Below, piece by piece: positions 1 through 12,836 of a stretch of DNA of 26,265 bases. The stretch's first letter is position 1. The number at the start of each line of letters is the position of its first letter. The DNA comes from an uncultured Dehalococcoidaceae bacterium (GTDB lineage: Bacteria > Chloroflexota > Dehalococcoidia > Dehalococcoidales > RBG-16-60-22). The stretch spans positions 1-26,265 of the forward strand of contig CAYOKF010000002.1 in assembly GCA_964404475.1 (NCBI GenBank), in the 5' to 3' direction. The position numbers and the translations under genes were made by a program. Below the pieces are notes generated by a model. It was not told the origin of the DNA. It worked only from the letters and a program-made list of their open reading frames with translations, and ran no database searches.

Positions 1-1938
1 GAAAATAGGGTATTCGACCCTCCTGAGGAATTACATAAAAAAGCGAATATTAAAAGCTTAGATGAGTACCAGAAAATATACCGGAGGTCGATTGATGATC
101 CGGAGGGTTTCTGGGGTGATCTTGCTGAAGAGGATCTGGAGTGGTTCAAAAAGTGGGACAAGGTACTGGTTGAAGACTTTAAAGAAGCCAGACATGAATG
201 GTTTGTTGGTGGCAAGATCAATGTTTGCCACAACTGTTTGGACAGGCATCTCAGGACCTGGAGGAAGAATAAAGCGGCAATAATCTGGGAAGGGGATATT
301 GGTGATGTCAGGGTTCTGACTTATCAGCAGCTTTACCGTGAGGTATGCAAGTTTTCCAGGGTATTACGGAAAGCTGGTGTCAATAAAGGAGACCGTGTAT
401 CCATCTATCTACCGATGGTTCCTGAATTACCGATAGCAATGTTAGCCTGTGCCCGGATTGGTGCTGTTCACAGCGTTGTTTTCGGTGGTTTCAGCGCCGA
501 TGCCTTGAGAGACAGGGTGCTTGATTGCGGAGCCAAAGTGCTGGTCTGTTGTGATGGTTACTATCGTAGTGGTAAGGTCATCCGCAGTAAAGACAATGCT
601 GACCAGGCACTTGATGCATGTCCTGATGTAAAGAAGGTGTTTGTGGTGCAGAGGGCTGGAATCGGTGTCAATATGAAAGAAAAGCGTGACCGCTGGTGGC
701 ACGATGAGATGGCTGCTGAAGACGTCAAACCGTCATGTGATGTTGAAGTCATGGACTCGGAGGATCCTCTCTTCATTCTATATACCAGTGGTAGCACCGG
801 AAAGCCGAAGGGAGTGATGCATACTCAGGCCGGTTATTTGCTATACGTCATGCAGACACTGAAATGGATATTTGACGCCAAAGAGGAAGATACTTACTGG
901 TGCACGGCGGACATTGGCTGGGTAACCGGGCACAGTTATATTGTCTATGGTCCTCTGGCGCTGGGTATGACCAGCGTGGTTTTTGAAGGCGTGCCCACGT
1001 ATCCCCATGCGGACAGGTTCTGGGACATAGTGGAAAAGTATAATATCAATATTTTCTATACGGCTCCTACCGCGATACGGGCCATAATGCGTGAAGGGGA
1101 AGATTGGCCCAACAAGCATGACATGTCATCACTGCGTGTTTTAGGCACGGTGGGTGAGCCGATTAATCCTGAAGCCTGGATGTGGTACTATAACGTCATC
1201 GGCAAGGGCCGGTGCCCGATTGTTGATACCTGGTGGCAGACGGAGACGGGAGGGATACTTATCAGTACGCTCCCTGGAGCGATGCCTACCAAACCTGGCT
1301 CGGCCGGGATGCCCTTTGTTGGTATTGATCCGGCGGTATTGCGGGACGACGGCACACTGGCTGGCGTTGATGAGGGCGGTTATTTAGTGATAAAAAAGCC
1401 CTGGCCGGGCTTGATGCGGGGCGTATTTGGTGAGCCGGAACGCTTTAAAGAGACTTACTTTAATCGTTTCCCTGGTATGTATACCTCTGGAGATGGTGCC
1501 AGAGTAGATAAAGATGGCTACTACTGGTTGATGGGGCGCATTGATGATGTCATTAACGTCTCCGGGCACCGCATTGGAACAGCTGAGGTTGAGAGCGCTC
1601 TGGTATCCCACCCCAAAGTGGCCGAGGCTGCCGTGGTTGGCATGCCGCATGAGGTCAAGGGGCAGGGGATCTATGCTTATGTGACGCTGAAGATTGGAGA
1701 GCAGCCGTCTGATGAGCTCAAAAAAGAGCTGGTGACTCACGTGCGGAAAGAAATCGGCCCGATAGCCACCCCGGACAGGATTCAGTTCACCGATGCTTTG
1801 CCCAAGACCCGGAGCGGCAAGATCATGCGGCGGATACTGGTGAAAATTGCCAGTGGAGATACTAATCTGGGTGATATCAGTACTCTCGCTGACCCGTCAG
1901 TGGTGGATAGTCTGGTAGAGGACAGACAAAGCAACTGA
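1..1938 (+). CDS. acs: Acetyl-CoA synthetase, AMP-forming (5'-truncated by the window edge)
   Basis: Frame +1 is open from base 1 ([39 protein letters not shown]...), so the gene begins before the track's start at 238. Motifs: [35 protein letters not shown] and [11 protein letters not shown] with the catalytic Lys. Confidence 0.97.
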   Translation, partial: ENRVFDPPEELHKKANIKSLDEYQKIYRRSIDDPEGFWGDLAEEDLEWFKKWDKVLVEDFKEARHEWFVGGKINVCHNCLDRHLRTWRKNKAAIIWEGDIGDVRVLTYQQLYREVCKFSRVLRKAGVNKGDRVSIYLPMVPELPIAMLACARIGAVHSVVFGGFSADALRDRVLDCGAKVLVCCDGYYRSGKVIRSKDNADQALDACPDVKKVFVVQRAGIGVNMKEKRDRWWHDEMAAEDVKPSCDVEVMDSEDPLFILYTSGSTGKPKGVMHTQAGYLLYVMQTLKWIFDAKEEDTYWCTADIGWVTGHSYIVYGPLALGMTSVVFEGVPTYPHADRFWDIVEKYNINIFYTAPTAIRAIMREGEDWPNKHDMSSLRVLGTVGEPINPEAWMWYYNVIGKGRCPIVDTWWQTETGGILISTLPGAMPTKPGSAGMPFVGIDPAVLRDDGTLAGVDEGGYLVIKKPWPGLMRGVFGEPERFKETYFNRFPGMYTSGDGARVDKDGYYWLMGRIDDVINVSGHRIGTAEVESALVSHPKVAEAAVVGMPHEVKGQGIYAYVTLKIGEQPSDELKKELVTHVRKEIGPIATPDRIQFTDALPKTRSGKIMRRILVKIASGDTNLGDISTLADPSVVDSLVEDRQSN

Positions 1939-1974
1939 TATTTTGGAAGCAGGATATGGAGGATTAGATACTAT

Positions 1975-2535
1975 ATGGAGAAAGACAGAGTAGAATGGGG
2001 CAATCCTGGAGCCCTTGGTTTAGCTTGTTTCGGTTTTACCACGATACTACTGCAGATACATAATATAGGTTTGATTGATAGTGTATTACCTCTGGTTTAT
2101 GGCTTTTTCTGGGGAGGGGCGGCCCAAGTTCTGGCTGGCATTATCGATGGAAGGCGAGGGGATAGCTTTGGCATGACCGCTTTCATTTCCTTTGGTTTCT
2201 TCTGGATAGGTCTGAGTTTTGCTTTTCTTCTTCAGTGGTTGGGAGTGGTGGCGCTGGATAATACCGGTCTGGCCTGGCTATGTATTTGCTGGGGGGTGTT
2301 TACCGCTTATATGGCGCTGGCTACTTTTAAGATATCAGTAGCCCACGCTGTGATATTCATTACCTTGGTTGTATTATTTGCCCTGTTAGCCCTGCATTTT
2401 TACGGTGTGCTGCCGGCAGTTGTTGCCGGGGTTGAGGGAATAATCTGTGGCGGCGCTGCGGTATACACTTCAGCGGCGGTTATCCTAAAAGAGAAGTACT
2501 GCCGGTGGGTGATTCCCATTGGCCTGTTCGAATAA
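1975..2535 (+). CDS. satP: GPR1/FUN34/YaaH (SatP/AceTr) family acetate uptake channel
   Basis: 186 aa with about 6 hydrophobic segments. N-terminal NPGALGLACFG matches the family NPAPLGL motif. It lies directly downstream of acs, with GGAGG upstream of the start. Confidence 0.85.
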   Translation: MEKDRVEWGNPGALGLACFGFTTILLQIHNIGLIDSVLPLVYGFFWGGAAQVLAGIIDGRRGDSFGMTAFISFGFFWIGLSFAFLLQWLGVVALDNTGLAWLCICWGVFTAYMALATFKISVAHAVIFITLVVLFALLALHFYGVLPAVVAGVEGIICGGAAVYTSAAVILKEKYCRWVIPIGLFE

Positions 2536-2574
2536 GAAAAGAGCTTCCGATAAGCATGACTGGAGGTAGATGAG

Positions 2575-4089
2575 ATGACATCAAGAGGGCAGGATATCGT
2601 CTCGGTTATCAAGCAGCAGATTGAGCAGTTTGGCATGGCGGTGACCATGGTGGATGTGGGGACGGTGATAGAGGTTGGTGACGCTATTGCCCGGATTCAT
2701 GGCCTGACCGCGGCGAAGTATAATGAGTTGCTACAATTTCCTAATGAGATAATAGGTATCGCTCTCAATCTGGAGGAAGATAATGTGGCGGCGGTAATTC
2801 TTGGGGACTATACCCGGATTAAGGAAGGGGACGAAGTACGTTGCACGGGGCGGATTGCCGAGGTGCCGGTGGGGGAAGAGCTTATCGGGAGGGTTGTTGA
2901 CCCCTTGGGGCGTCCTCTTGATGGCAAGGGTGCTGTTAAATCTGAGCGTACCCGGCCTGTAGAAAGGGTGGCTCCCAACGTAGTATTGCGCAAGTCTGTA
3001 GATACACCGGTGCAGACCGGTATCAAGGCTATAGACAGCCTGATTCCTGTCGGCCGGGGGCAGAGGGAACTGATTATTGGTGACCGTTCGACGGGGAAGA
3101 CGGCTATCGCACTGGACACCATCATCAACCAGAAGGGCGGAGATTTAATCTGTATCTATGTCGCTGTTGGACAGAAAGCGTCACGTGTGGCCCGCGTGGT
3201 AGCCACTTTTGAGGAACACGGCGCTATGGAGCATACCATTGTGGTGGCGGCTAACGCGGCAGAATCCGTAGCCCTGCAATACCTGGCTCCTTATGCCGGC
3301 TGTGCCATGGGTGAGGAGTTTATGGAGCAGGGTAAGGATGTCCTGGTAATCTATGATGACCTTTCCAAACATGCCTGGGCTTACCGCCAGCTTTCATTGC
3401 TGCTGCGCCGTCCTCCCGGGCGGGAAGCCTATCCCGGTGATGTCTTTTACCTGCACAGCCGTTTGCTGGAACGGGCGGGAAAGTACGCAGATGAGTATGG
3501 TGGTGGTTCCCTGACCGCTTTACCGATTATCGAGACACAGGCGGGTGATATGTCCGCCTATATCCCGACCAATGTTATTTCCATTACCGATGGCCAGATG
3601 TATCTGGAAGCAGACCTGTTTAATGCCGGTATCAAGCCAGCTCTCAATGTCGGTTTATCTGTATCACGCGTCGGCAGTAAAGCGCAGACCGGGGCTATGA
3701 AGCAGGTTGCCGGTAAACTAAGGATGGAACTGGCACAGTATCGGGAACTGGCTGCCTTTGCCCAGTTTGGCACTTCTGAGCTGGATAAGGCTACCAGGAA
3801 CCAGCTTGAGCGTGGACAGCGTATTACTGAGATTCTGAAACAGGATCAGTTTGTGCCTATGCCTGTGGAGAAGCAGGTTATGATTTTATATGCGGCGATA
3901 AATGGCCATCTTGATGATGTTACGCTGGATAAGTTGAATAAATTTGAGACTGATTTCCATCAGTTCATGGAGACGCAACATCCGGAAATAGGTAAGCCCA
4001 TTGCCGAAACGAAGCAACTTGATGATGAGACGGAGGCGGCATTAAAGAAGGCTATTGAGGAATTCAAGGAGGGCTTTTCCCTGGAATAG
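2575..4089 (+). CDS. atpA: F1 ATPase/ATP synthase alpha subunit
   Basis: Motifs [17 protein letters not shown] (Walker A), [22 protein letters not shown] and [16 protein letters not shown] at 2562-2567. Confidence 0.98.
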   Translation: MTSRGQDIVSVIKQQIEQFGMAVTMVDVGTVIEVGDAIARIHGLTAAKYNELLQFPNEIIGIALNLEEDNVAAVILGDYTRIKEGDEVRCTGRIAEVPVGEELIGRVVDPLGRPLDGKGAVKSERTRPVERVAPNVVLRKSVDTPVQTGIKAIDSLIPVGRGQRELIIGDRSTGKTAIALDTIINQKGGDLICIYVAVGQKASRVARVVATFEEHGAMEHTIVVAANAAESVALQYLAPYAGCAMGEEFMEQGKDVLVIYDDLSKHAWAYRQLSLLLRRPPGREAYPGDVFYLHSRLLERAGKYADEYGGGSLTALPIIETQAGDMSAYIPTNVISITDGQMYLEADLFNAGIKPALNVGLSVSRVGSKAQTGAMKQVAGKLRMELAQYRELAAFAQFGTSELDKATRNQLERGQRITEILKQDQFVPMPVEKQVMILYAAINGHLDDVTLDKLNKFETDFHQFMETQHPEIGKPIAETKQLDDETEAALKKAIEEFKEGFSLE

Positions 4090-4128
4090 CTGCCAGGGAA
4101 GGGTTAATTAAAGATATGAGGGAAAAAT

Positions 4129-6467
<2,339 letters not shown>

Positions 6468-6468
6468 G

Positions 6469-6894
6469 ATGGCACCGATAAGAGTTGATATAGTTACCGC
6501 TGAGCGCTCCGTCTATTCTGAAGATGTGGATATGGTTGTTGCCCCTGGTGTTGAAGGGCAGCTGGGTGTTTTGCCGAAGCATACCCCGTTAATGACCACT
6601 CTACAGCCCGGAGAATTGCGCCTCAAGAAGGGCGGCGAGGAAGTATCACTGTCGGTTACCGGTGGCTTTCTGGAGGTCAGACCTGACCGGGTGATAGTCC
6701 TGGCTGATGCGGCGGAAAGGGCTGAGGAAATTGACCTGGCTCGTGCCGAAGAGGCCAAGCAGCGGGCGGAGAAACGCCTGACCGAGAGACGTGCTGCCGG
6801 AACTGATGAAACCAGGGCTGAAGCAGCACTGCGCCGCGCTATAACTCGGCTGACTGTAGCGGAAAGGGTGAAGCGAAAAAGGCAGCGAAATTAA
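6469..6894 (+). CDS. atpC: F1 ATPase epsilon subunit
   Basis: Motifs [15 protein letters not shown] and VTGGFLEV...[13 protein letters not shown], plus a C-terminal helical hairpin. It follows atpD with a 1-nt gap. Confidence 0.96.
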   Translation: MAPIRVDIVTAERSVYSEDVDMVVAPGVEGQLGVLPKHTPLMTTLQPGELRLKKGGEEVSLSVTGGFLEVRPDRVIVLADAAERAEEIDLARAEEAKQRAEKRLTERRAAGTDETRAEAALRRAITRLTVAERVKRKRQRN

Positions 6895-6942
6895 AACTTA
6901 CACAAACAGCACTGCCTTTGACGAGGTTAACTATTTATCCGT

Positions 6943-6977
6943 CAAAAAAGAAACCCTTGCGATTTTTAGTGGCAGGG
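6943..6977 (-). terminator. Possible intrinsic terminator of the rpsP-khpA transcript
   Basis: Minus strand reads CCCTGC-11 nt-GCAAGGG followed by TTTCTTTTTT, just after the khpA stop. The stem is weak and bulged. Confidence 0.4.
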
Positions 6978-6985
6978 ATTAAGCT

Positions 6986-7213
6986 TTACACAATCTCTAG
7001 TCTGACTCTGGTAGCTGCTTTGGCTGCTTTCACTCTGAGCAAGGTGCGCATAGCCTGGGCTATTTGTCCTTGCTTGCCAATGATTCTGCCTTTGTCATCG
7101 TCGGCAACTTGTAGCTTCAGGGTTATGCCATCCTCATTATCTTCCTGCTCAATCTTCACTTCATCAGGCTCATTGACAATTGACTTGGCGATGTACTCTA
7201 CTAGGTCTTTCAT
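6986..7213 (-). CDS. khpA: KH-domain RNA-binding protein KhpA (UPF0109)
   Basis: 75 aa: MKDLVEYIAKSIV...DKGRIIGKQG with the GxxG loop. It overlaps the rpsP stop by 4 nt, and rpsP-khpA is a well-known synteny. Confidence 0.88.
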   Translation of the reverse strand: MKDLVEYIAKSIVNEPDEVKIEQEDNEDGITLKLQVADDDKGRIIGKQGQIAQAMRTLLRVKAAKAATRVRLEIV

Positions 7214-7479
7214 GACTTCTCCTTGGCTAACTTGAGCTTATCGGTGATACCTGCCTTGTTTAATAACCTGGCAGTAGTGTCAGTTGGTTGAGCACCCTGG
7301 CTTAGCCAATGTAATGCCCTGTCTTCTTTAATCACTATCGTCTCCGGGTCGGTTCTGGGATCAAAATGTCCGATAATATCGACGAAAGCACCATCGCGCG
7401 GTGACCGAATATCCGCAACGACTACTCGATAACTCGGCTTCTTTTTGGCGCCTACTCGGCGCAGCCTGATCTTTAGCAT
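7210..7479 (-). CDS. rpsP: 30S ribosomal protein S16
   Basis: Sequence MLKIRLRRVGAKKKPSYRVVVADIRSPRDG. I placed the start at ATG 7479 because the track's GTG at 7485 is part of the SD (AGGTG). Confidence 0.97.
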   Translation of the reverse strand: MLKIRLRRVGAKKKPSYRVVVADIRSPRDGAFVDIIGHFDPRTDPETIVIKEDRALHWLSQGAQPTDTTARLLNKAGITDKLKLAKEKS

Positions 7480-7512
7480 ATTCACCTAGCTTTCTAATAA
7501 GTTATTTCCATA

Positions 7513-7541
7513 ATTATGCATCATAAATGTTTAACTGTCAA
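7513..7541 (-). promoter_or_regulatory. Sigma70-type promoter for rpsP-khpA
   Basis: Minus strand TTGACA (7541-7536), N17, CATAAT (7518-7513). Confidence 0.6.
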
Positions 7542-7606
7542 TGGCAATATTAAAAATAGTCTGATTCAAAGCGTATGTTACTGGTTGGATGGTTACTTTT
7601 ATGTAT

Positions 7607-7636
7607 TTGCTTGGGGCGCGGCACAAAGAATATAAT
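7607..7636 (+). promoter_or_regulatory. Sigma70-type promoter for nfi, probably giving a leaderless mRNA
   Basis: TTGCTT (7607-7612), N18, TATAAT (7631-7636). The ATG is at 7643 and no SD precedes it. Confidence 0.5.
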
Positions 7637-7642
7637 TAATGC

Positions 7643-8347
7643 ATGAAGATATTGAACCTGCATAGCTGGCAGGTGGACATGGCTCAGGCGAAAGAAATAC
7701 AGACGAGCCTGTCCAGCCGGGTATCGCCGCGAAATGAATGTGTTACTCCCCGTTTGATTGCCGGGGTGGATATATCTGTGGAAAGAGCCCGGGGCATTGC
7801 TACCGGGGTTGCTGTAGTCTTGAGCTATCCCGATCTGAAGTTATTAGAGAAAAGTGTAGTTACCTGCCGGCTTGAGTTCCCCTATATCCCTGGGTTGCTA
7901 TCCTTTCGGGAAGCGCCGTTGATACTGGCCGCCTGTGAGAAGCTGAGCCTGAGTCCGGACCTTGTTTTGGTTGATGGACAGGGAGTTGCCCATCCCCGCC
8001 GTATGGGGCTTGCCTGTCACCTGGGCCTTTTTTTGGATAAACCGGCAATTGGTTGTGCCAAGTCCAGGCTATGTGGCCGTCATCAGGAACCGGGAAATGA
8101 AACGGGTAATTACGCCGAATTAAAGGATGACGGGGAGGTTATCGGAATTGCTCTCCGCACCAAGCCCAGGGTAAAGCCCGTTTATGTTTCCGTGGGACAC
8201 AAGGTTGATCTTCAAGCTGCCCGGCACTGGGTGCTGGCATGTTGCCGCGGTTATCGTTTGCCGGAGCCGACCCGGCTGGCGCACCTGGCGGCAGGTGGTA
8301 ACCTAGAGATACAAGAGTGCAAGGTAGTAACCGGCACCAGTCCTTAG
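7643..8347 (+). CDS. nfi: Endonuclease V (deoxyinosine 3' endonuclease)
   Basis: Motifs IAGVD, FPYIPGLLSFREAP, LVDGQGVAHPRRMGLACH, IGCAKSRL and RLPEPTRLAH. Confidence 0.95.
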   Translation: MKILNLHSWQVDMAQAKEIQTSLSSRVSPRNECVTPRLIAGVDISVERARGIATGVAVVLSYPDLKLLEKSVVTCRLEFPYIPGLLSFREAPLILAACEKLSLSPDLVLVDGQGVAHPRRMGLACHLGLFLDKPAIGCAKSRLCGRHQEPGNETGNYAELKDDGEVIGIALRTKPRVKPVYVSVGHKVDLQAARHWVLACCRGYRLPEPTRLAHLAAGGNLEIQECKVVTGTSP

Positions 8348-8379
8348 CAAGACTATTTTACCTGGAGGAATGATTACGG

Positions 8380-9478
8380 ATGCAGGAATTAAGAGATAAA
8401 TTAGCCGATTTGCAGTCCAGAGTAGCCGCAGCAATGGAGCATCTTTGACATAGATTCCTGTGAAAAGGAGCTCTCCCGTCTGGAAAAACAATCCGCCCAG
8501 CCCGAATTTTGGTCGGATCAGAATCATGCGCAGGATATCATGCGGCAGCTGGTAGAGACTGCTAAAATGGTCCAGGTCTGGCGGGAACTGGAAAAAAGAA
8601 TTACTGACATCGCCGAGTTGATACCCCTTTCGGAAAGTGACGATTCACTGCAAACAGAGCTGCAGACAGAGCTGGGTGAAGTAACTTCCCGTCTTGACGA
8701 ACTGGAATTCCGGATGTCTTTAGGCGGTGAGTATGATTCACGGAATGCTATTCTGGCGATTCATGCCGGCGCTGGTGGTACTGAATCTCAGGACTGGGCG
8801 GACATGTTGATGCGGATGTACCTGCGCTGGGCGGAGCGCCGTAACTACCGGACAGAAGTACTGGATGTTTCCCCGGGTGAGGAGGCTGGAGTAAAAAGCG
8901 TGGTCATTGCCATCAGCGGTGATTATGCTCACGGCTATTTAAAGTCGGAGCACGGAGTTCACCGTCTGGTACGTTTATCTCCTTTTGATTCTGACCATGC
9001 CCGGCACACGTCATTCGCTTTGGTGGAGGTTTTGCCTGAAGCTGAGGCTGATATTGACGTAAAGATAGAGCCTGAGGATTTGCAGGTTGATACGTTTCGG
9101 TCCAGTGGCCCGGGCGGACAGCATATGCAGAAGACAAGCAGCGCCGTAAGGCTGACTCACCTGCCCTCCGGGCTGGTAGTTACCTGCCAGAGTGAGCGTT
9201 CGCAATTTCAGAATAAGGAAATTGCTATGAAGATACTTCAATCGCGGCTATTAGATCTGGAGTTGACCAGGAGGGATGAGGAAAGAGCCAGGCTCAAGGG
9301 GGAAAGAATAGCTGCGGGGTGGGGTAATCAGATCAGGAGCTACGTGCTCCATCCCTATAAACTGGTCAAAGACCATCGTACTGATTATCAGACGAGTGAC
9401 ACCGATGCCGTGCTGGATGGTGACCTGGATGATTTTATCAATTCTTATCTAAGGTCGGTCATGGGGCAGGAGACATGA
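8380..9478 (+). CDS. prfB: Peptide chain release factor 2, about 365 aa, made by programmed +1 frameshift (join 8380..8445, 8447..9478)
   Basis: ATG 8380 (SD GGAGG 8364-8368) opens MQELRDKLADLQSRVAAAMEHL and ends in CTT-TGA-C at 8443-8449. The +1 frame continues DIDSCEKELSRLEKQSAQPEFWSDQ into the track ORF. The SPF recognition loop and the GGQ motif are both present. Confidence 0.96.
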
Positions 9479-10707
9479 TTAAAAAGGCAGCCTTGCTTGT
9501 CTTACTTATCCCGTTGCTGATATTTGCGTGGAACATAAGTCCGGTTCAAGCTGTTGATGGGCTGGTGGTGACCGGTAACTCGGCTGAGGTGGATTTTCCC
9601 GCCGGGATTATATTCCGCCTGTCGGCTCAGAGCGATGCCGAGATTAATGATATCCGCCTGCACTACATGGTGGTGAGGATGTCTCATGCTCAGGTCATCA
9701 GCGAAGTCCATGTTGATTTTGAGCCGGATACTGCAATTGAAACGGAATGGTTCTGGGATATGCGCAAGACGGGAGGGCTGCCTCCCGGCTCCGGAATGGA
9801 ATACTGGTGGACAGTAACCGATGCTCAGGGGAGCCGCGTTCAGACCGAGGTAGTAGAGGTCAGGGTGGAGGACAGGCGCCATGACTGGCAAAGTTTAACT
9901 ACGGGTAAAGTAACGCTCTACTGGTATGAAGGTGATGATTCTTTTGTCCGGGAACTGATGACCACTGCCCATCAGGTACTGCTTCGACTGGCGGCAGACA
10001 CCGGTGTGGTGCTGGAAAACGCGGTAAAAATATACATATATGCTAATCAGCAGGCTTTGCTGGAATCAATGATTTTTCCTCAGGAATGGACGGGAGGGGT
10101 TGCTTTTACCAGATATGGCATTATTGCGGTTAGTATCTCGCCGGGAAGAGCCGAATGGGGGAACAGGGTTATTGCTCACGAGTTAACACATCTGGTGATA
10201 CACCAGATGAACTTCAATCCCTATGGTGGACTGCCCACCTGGCTCGATGAGGGCCTGGCTATGTATGCTGAGGGGGAAGCAGAGCCGTCATTTGCTGACC
10301 TGCTGGTGGACAAAGCCAGAGAGGACGAGCTTATCTCGGTGCGCAGTCTGGCCAGCCCGTTTTCCGCTTATGCTGAAGAATCTATCCTGGCCTACGCGCA
10401 AAGCTATAGCCTGGTAAAATATTTAATAGATAATTACGGGCAGGAAAAGATGTATGAGCTGCTCTGTGAGTTTAAGGAGGGGAGCGGTTATGATGTGGCG
10501 CTACTTAAGGTTTATGGATTTGACATGGACGGTTTGAATGGTCTATGGCGGGATTACATTACTGCCAGTATTGAGGAAAGCCAGCCAGCATTGGAGGAGA
10601 AGCCGCATGTATGGGTGTTATTCGCACTTATTGTCGGGGCTTGTCTGTTAGTGCTTGTTATCATAGTATTATGGTATTATGGCCGTTTGGGGTTGTATCG
10701 CGGTTAG
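9475..10707 (+). CDS. Membrane-anchored zinc metallopeptidase, MA clan (Peptidase_MA_2-like)
   Basis: N-terminal signal peptide, HExxH (IAHELTHLV), downstream WLDEGLA glutamate motif and a C-terminal TM helix. It overlaps the prfB stop (ATGA). Confidence 0.8.
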   Translation: MIKKAALLVLLIPLLIFAWNISPVQAVDGLVVTGNSAEVDFPAGIIFRLSAQSDAEINDIRLHYMVVRMSHAQVISEVHVDFEPDTAIETEWFWDMRKTGGLPPGSGMEYWWTVTDAQGSRVQTEVVEVRVEDRRHDWQSLTTGKVTLYWYEGDDSFVRELMTTAHQVLLRLAADTGVVLENAVKIYIYANQQALLESMIFPQEWTGGVAFTRYGIIAVSISPGRAEWGNRVIAHELTHLVIHQMNFNPYGGLPTWLDEGLAMYAEGEAEPSFADLLVDKAREDELISVRSLASPFSAYAEESILAYAQSYSLVKYLIDNYGQEKMYELLCEFKEGSGYDVALLKVYGFDMDGLNGLWRDYITASIEESQPALEEKPHVWVLFALIVGACLLVLVIIVLWYYGRLGLYRG

Positions 10708-10898
10708 TGTTTCCCACTGATAATCAACTTTTGCTGATGTTCCTCGCTCTTTTTCCCGGCACTGGTATGAGGAGGCTCTTGTTCGTTAGAGGTAGCGCCG
10801 CACTGGATGCATTCAAAGTAAGTGCCGTAGCGGTCACTCTCCAGAGATAAGTCACCGCCGCAACGTTTGCAGGACTTGGTTCTCACGAGACAGAGCAT
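10704..10898 (-). CDS. Small Zn-ribbon-like protein (CxxC...CxxC), function unknown
   Basis: 64 aa containing CKRCGGDLSLESDRYGTYFECIQCG. Strong SD (AAAAGGAGAAAT) directly before the ATG. Confidence 0.7.
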   Translation of the reverse strand: MLCLVRTKSCKRCGGDLSLESDRYGTYFECIQCGATSNEQEPPHTSAGKKSEEHQQKLIISGKH

Positions 10899-11097
10899 AT
10901 TTCTCCTTTTGACGGGGAGGCGTTATATATAGTTTGTAGTGCAGCCCCGCTTTGTGATTTGATAATACGTCTTCCGTGCCGGTTGTTGTAGCTAGTTACC
11001 CCTCTCTTTTAGCGAAATATACTCTCAATTTGTTTAATGGTTATCACCTAATGATTCCCCTTGCTATCTGCTTGTTTCGGTGATAGACTTAACCATC

Positions 11098-11808
11098 ATG
11101 CGCGGACGTGATCAAAAGCGGTTTCACTCGATGACCATTCATGATTTGCCGCGTTCAGAGCGGCCTCGAGAAAGATTGCAAAGATTGGGAGCGCACGCGC
11201 TATCCGCACAGGAAATACTGGCGCTGATTCTGGGAAGGGGTATTTCCGGCGAGTCGGTAATGGTAACTGCCCAGAGGTTGCTGAGCCGCTTCGGCAGTCT
11301 CAACGGGATTGGTAGTGCTTCTTTAGAAGAGTTATCACAGGTGAAGGGTATTGGTCTGGCTAAGGCGGCCCAGATGAGGGCAGCTTTTGAATTGGCGAAT
11401 CGTGTTTGGAATTACTCCGAGAAAGGGGACAAGCCGTTGCTGAAGACCCCTGAGGATGTTATCGCTCTGGTAAATGCCCGGCTAAAGGGCAAGAAAAAGG
11501 AGCATTTTCTGGAATTGTTACTGGATACCAGGGGGCAGTTGATACGGGTTGCTGAAATTTCAGTGGGGAGTCTGGATAGCAGCATTGTCCACCCGCGTGA
11601 AGTGTTCCTGGAGGCAATATCGGCCAGTGCCGCCTCCGTTATCTTTGTGCACAACCACCCGGCAGGTGATACGGAAGCTTCTGAAGATGACATAAGGTTA
11701 ACGCAAAGGTTGACTGAAGCCGGGGAGATTATGGGCATCGATGTGCTGGACCACATCATCATCGGTGACGGGAATTACCTGAGCATGAAACGTGAAGGCT
11801 TGTTTTAA
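11098..11808 (+). CDS. radC: RadC / UPF0758 JAB-domain protein
   Basis: Motifs IHDLPRSERPRERL, an HhH motif (VKGIGLAKA), VHPREVF, HNHPAGD and DVLDHIII. The start is uncertain (11080, 11098 or 11131). Confidence 0.93.
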   Translation: MRGRDQKRFHSMTIHDLPRSERPRERLQRLGAHALSAQEILALILGRGISGESVMVTAQRLLSRFGSLNGIGSASLEELSQVKGIGLAKAAQMRAAFELANRVWNYSEKGDKPLLKTPEDVIALVNARLKGKKKEHFLELLLDTRGQLIRVAEISVGSLDSSIVHPREVFLEAISASAASVIFVHNHPAGDTEASEDDIRLTQRLTEAGEIMGIDVLDHIIIGDGNYLSMKREGLF

Positions 11809-11833
11809 GCAGCGCCGTCTTGAAATGGACTTG

Positions 11834-12757
11834 TTACGGGGGACATTTGGCACAGATAGACCTGAACAATGTGGTACTTAGATAGCGGTCTCCGCGGTCA
11901 GGTAAGATGACAACGATGGTGCCCTGTCTCATGTTCCTGCTAAAACGTAAAGCCGCAGCTACCGCAGCCCCGCTTGACATGCCAACGAAGACTCCTTCCC
12001 GTACCGCAAGTAGCCGCGCTGTTTCAAATGCTTCACCATCTTCAACGGTAATTTTTTCATCCAGTGCCCCCGCGTGGTAAATTGCCGGGACAATGCTTTC
12101 CTTCATGTTCTTGAGCCCCTGTATGGCATGACATATTACCGGCTCAACTCCTACGATTTTGATGCCCCGCTTTTTTTCTTTCAGATATTTACCCGTTCCA
12201 ATCAGGGTTCCGGTTGTCCCCATGCCAGCCACAAATATATCAATCTTTCCATCAGTCTGGGCGTAGATCTCCGGGCCGGTTGTTTCGTAGTGGGCAAGAA
12301 CGTTATTTTCATTATCGAACTGGTTAGGCATATAGTACCTGCCGGGCTCGTCGTTAAAGACCTGGCGGGCTTGTCTAATAGCGCCGTCAACGCCTTCTTT
12401 AGCGGGTGTAAGCACCACTTCCGCACCAAAGGCTTGAAGGGTTAGCTGTCTCTCCGTGCTGACGCATTCGGGCACAAACAGCTTCACGCGGTATCCTTTG
12501 GCGGCGCCTATCATGGCCAGGGCAATCCCCATGTTTCCCGATGTTGGTTCAACTATTGTTTTTTCCGGCGTAAGTTCCCCTGATTCCTCCGCTTTTTGAA
12601 TCATGTAGTAAGCGGGGCGGTCCTTGACGGAGCCACCGGGATTGTTGCCTTCAAGCTTCCCCAGGATTTTCACACCCGGGTTTCCGTTGAGGTTGGCCAG
12701 TTCCACAACAGGGGTATTTCCGATGACACTTAATAAGCTGCTTTTTTTATAGGTCAT
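11834..12757 (-). CDS. cysM: PLP-dependent cysteine synthase family protein (O-acetylserine sulfhydrylase)
   Basis: Motifs IGNTPVV, NPGGSVKDR (PLP lysine), EPTSGNMGIALA, GMGTTGT and GMSSGAA. The CysK versus CysM assignment is not certain. Confidence 0.88.
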   Translation of the reverse strand: MTYKKSSLLSVIGNTPVVELANLNGNPGVKILGKLEGNNPGGSVKDRPAYYMIQKAEESGELTPEKTIVEPTSGNMGIALAMIGAAKGYRVKLFVPECVSTERQLTLQAFGAEVVLTPAKEGVDGAIRQARQVFNDEPGRYYMPNQFDNENNVLAHYETTGPEIYAQTDGKIDIFVAGMGTTGTLIGTGKYLKEKKRGIKIVGVEPVICHAIQGLKNMKESIVPAIYHAGALDEKITVEDGEAFETARLLAVREGVFVGMSSGAAVAAALRFSRNMRQGTIVVILPDRGDRYLSTTLFRSICAKCPP

Positions 12758-12836
12758 TTGCTCCGCCTTAACTGCCGGCTACAGGAGACCGTTAATGAAT
12801 TAAAATGAACTGTTCTAGGGCCGTAGCCCAAGATAT

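Noticed and set aside
2529-2573. Possible atpH 3' remnant (frame reading [14 protein letters not shown] ending 1 nt before the atpA ATG)
   Set aside because: It is too short and not recognisably similar to delta subunits. The G-rich part is simply the atpA SD.
8380-8540. prfB as a frameshifted pseudogene
   Set aside because: The break is the canonical CTT-TGA-C programmed frameshift.
11042-11085. TATCACC...GGTGATA inverted repeat upstream of radC
   Set aside because: It is only 7 bp with a 30-nt gap, occurs once and has no recognisable regulator, so it is compatible with chance.
11098-11808. radC as a marker of a mobile element or anti-restriction module
   Set aside because: It is the full-length chromosomal form with the N-terminal HhH region, with host-like GC and no mobility genes nearby.
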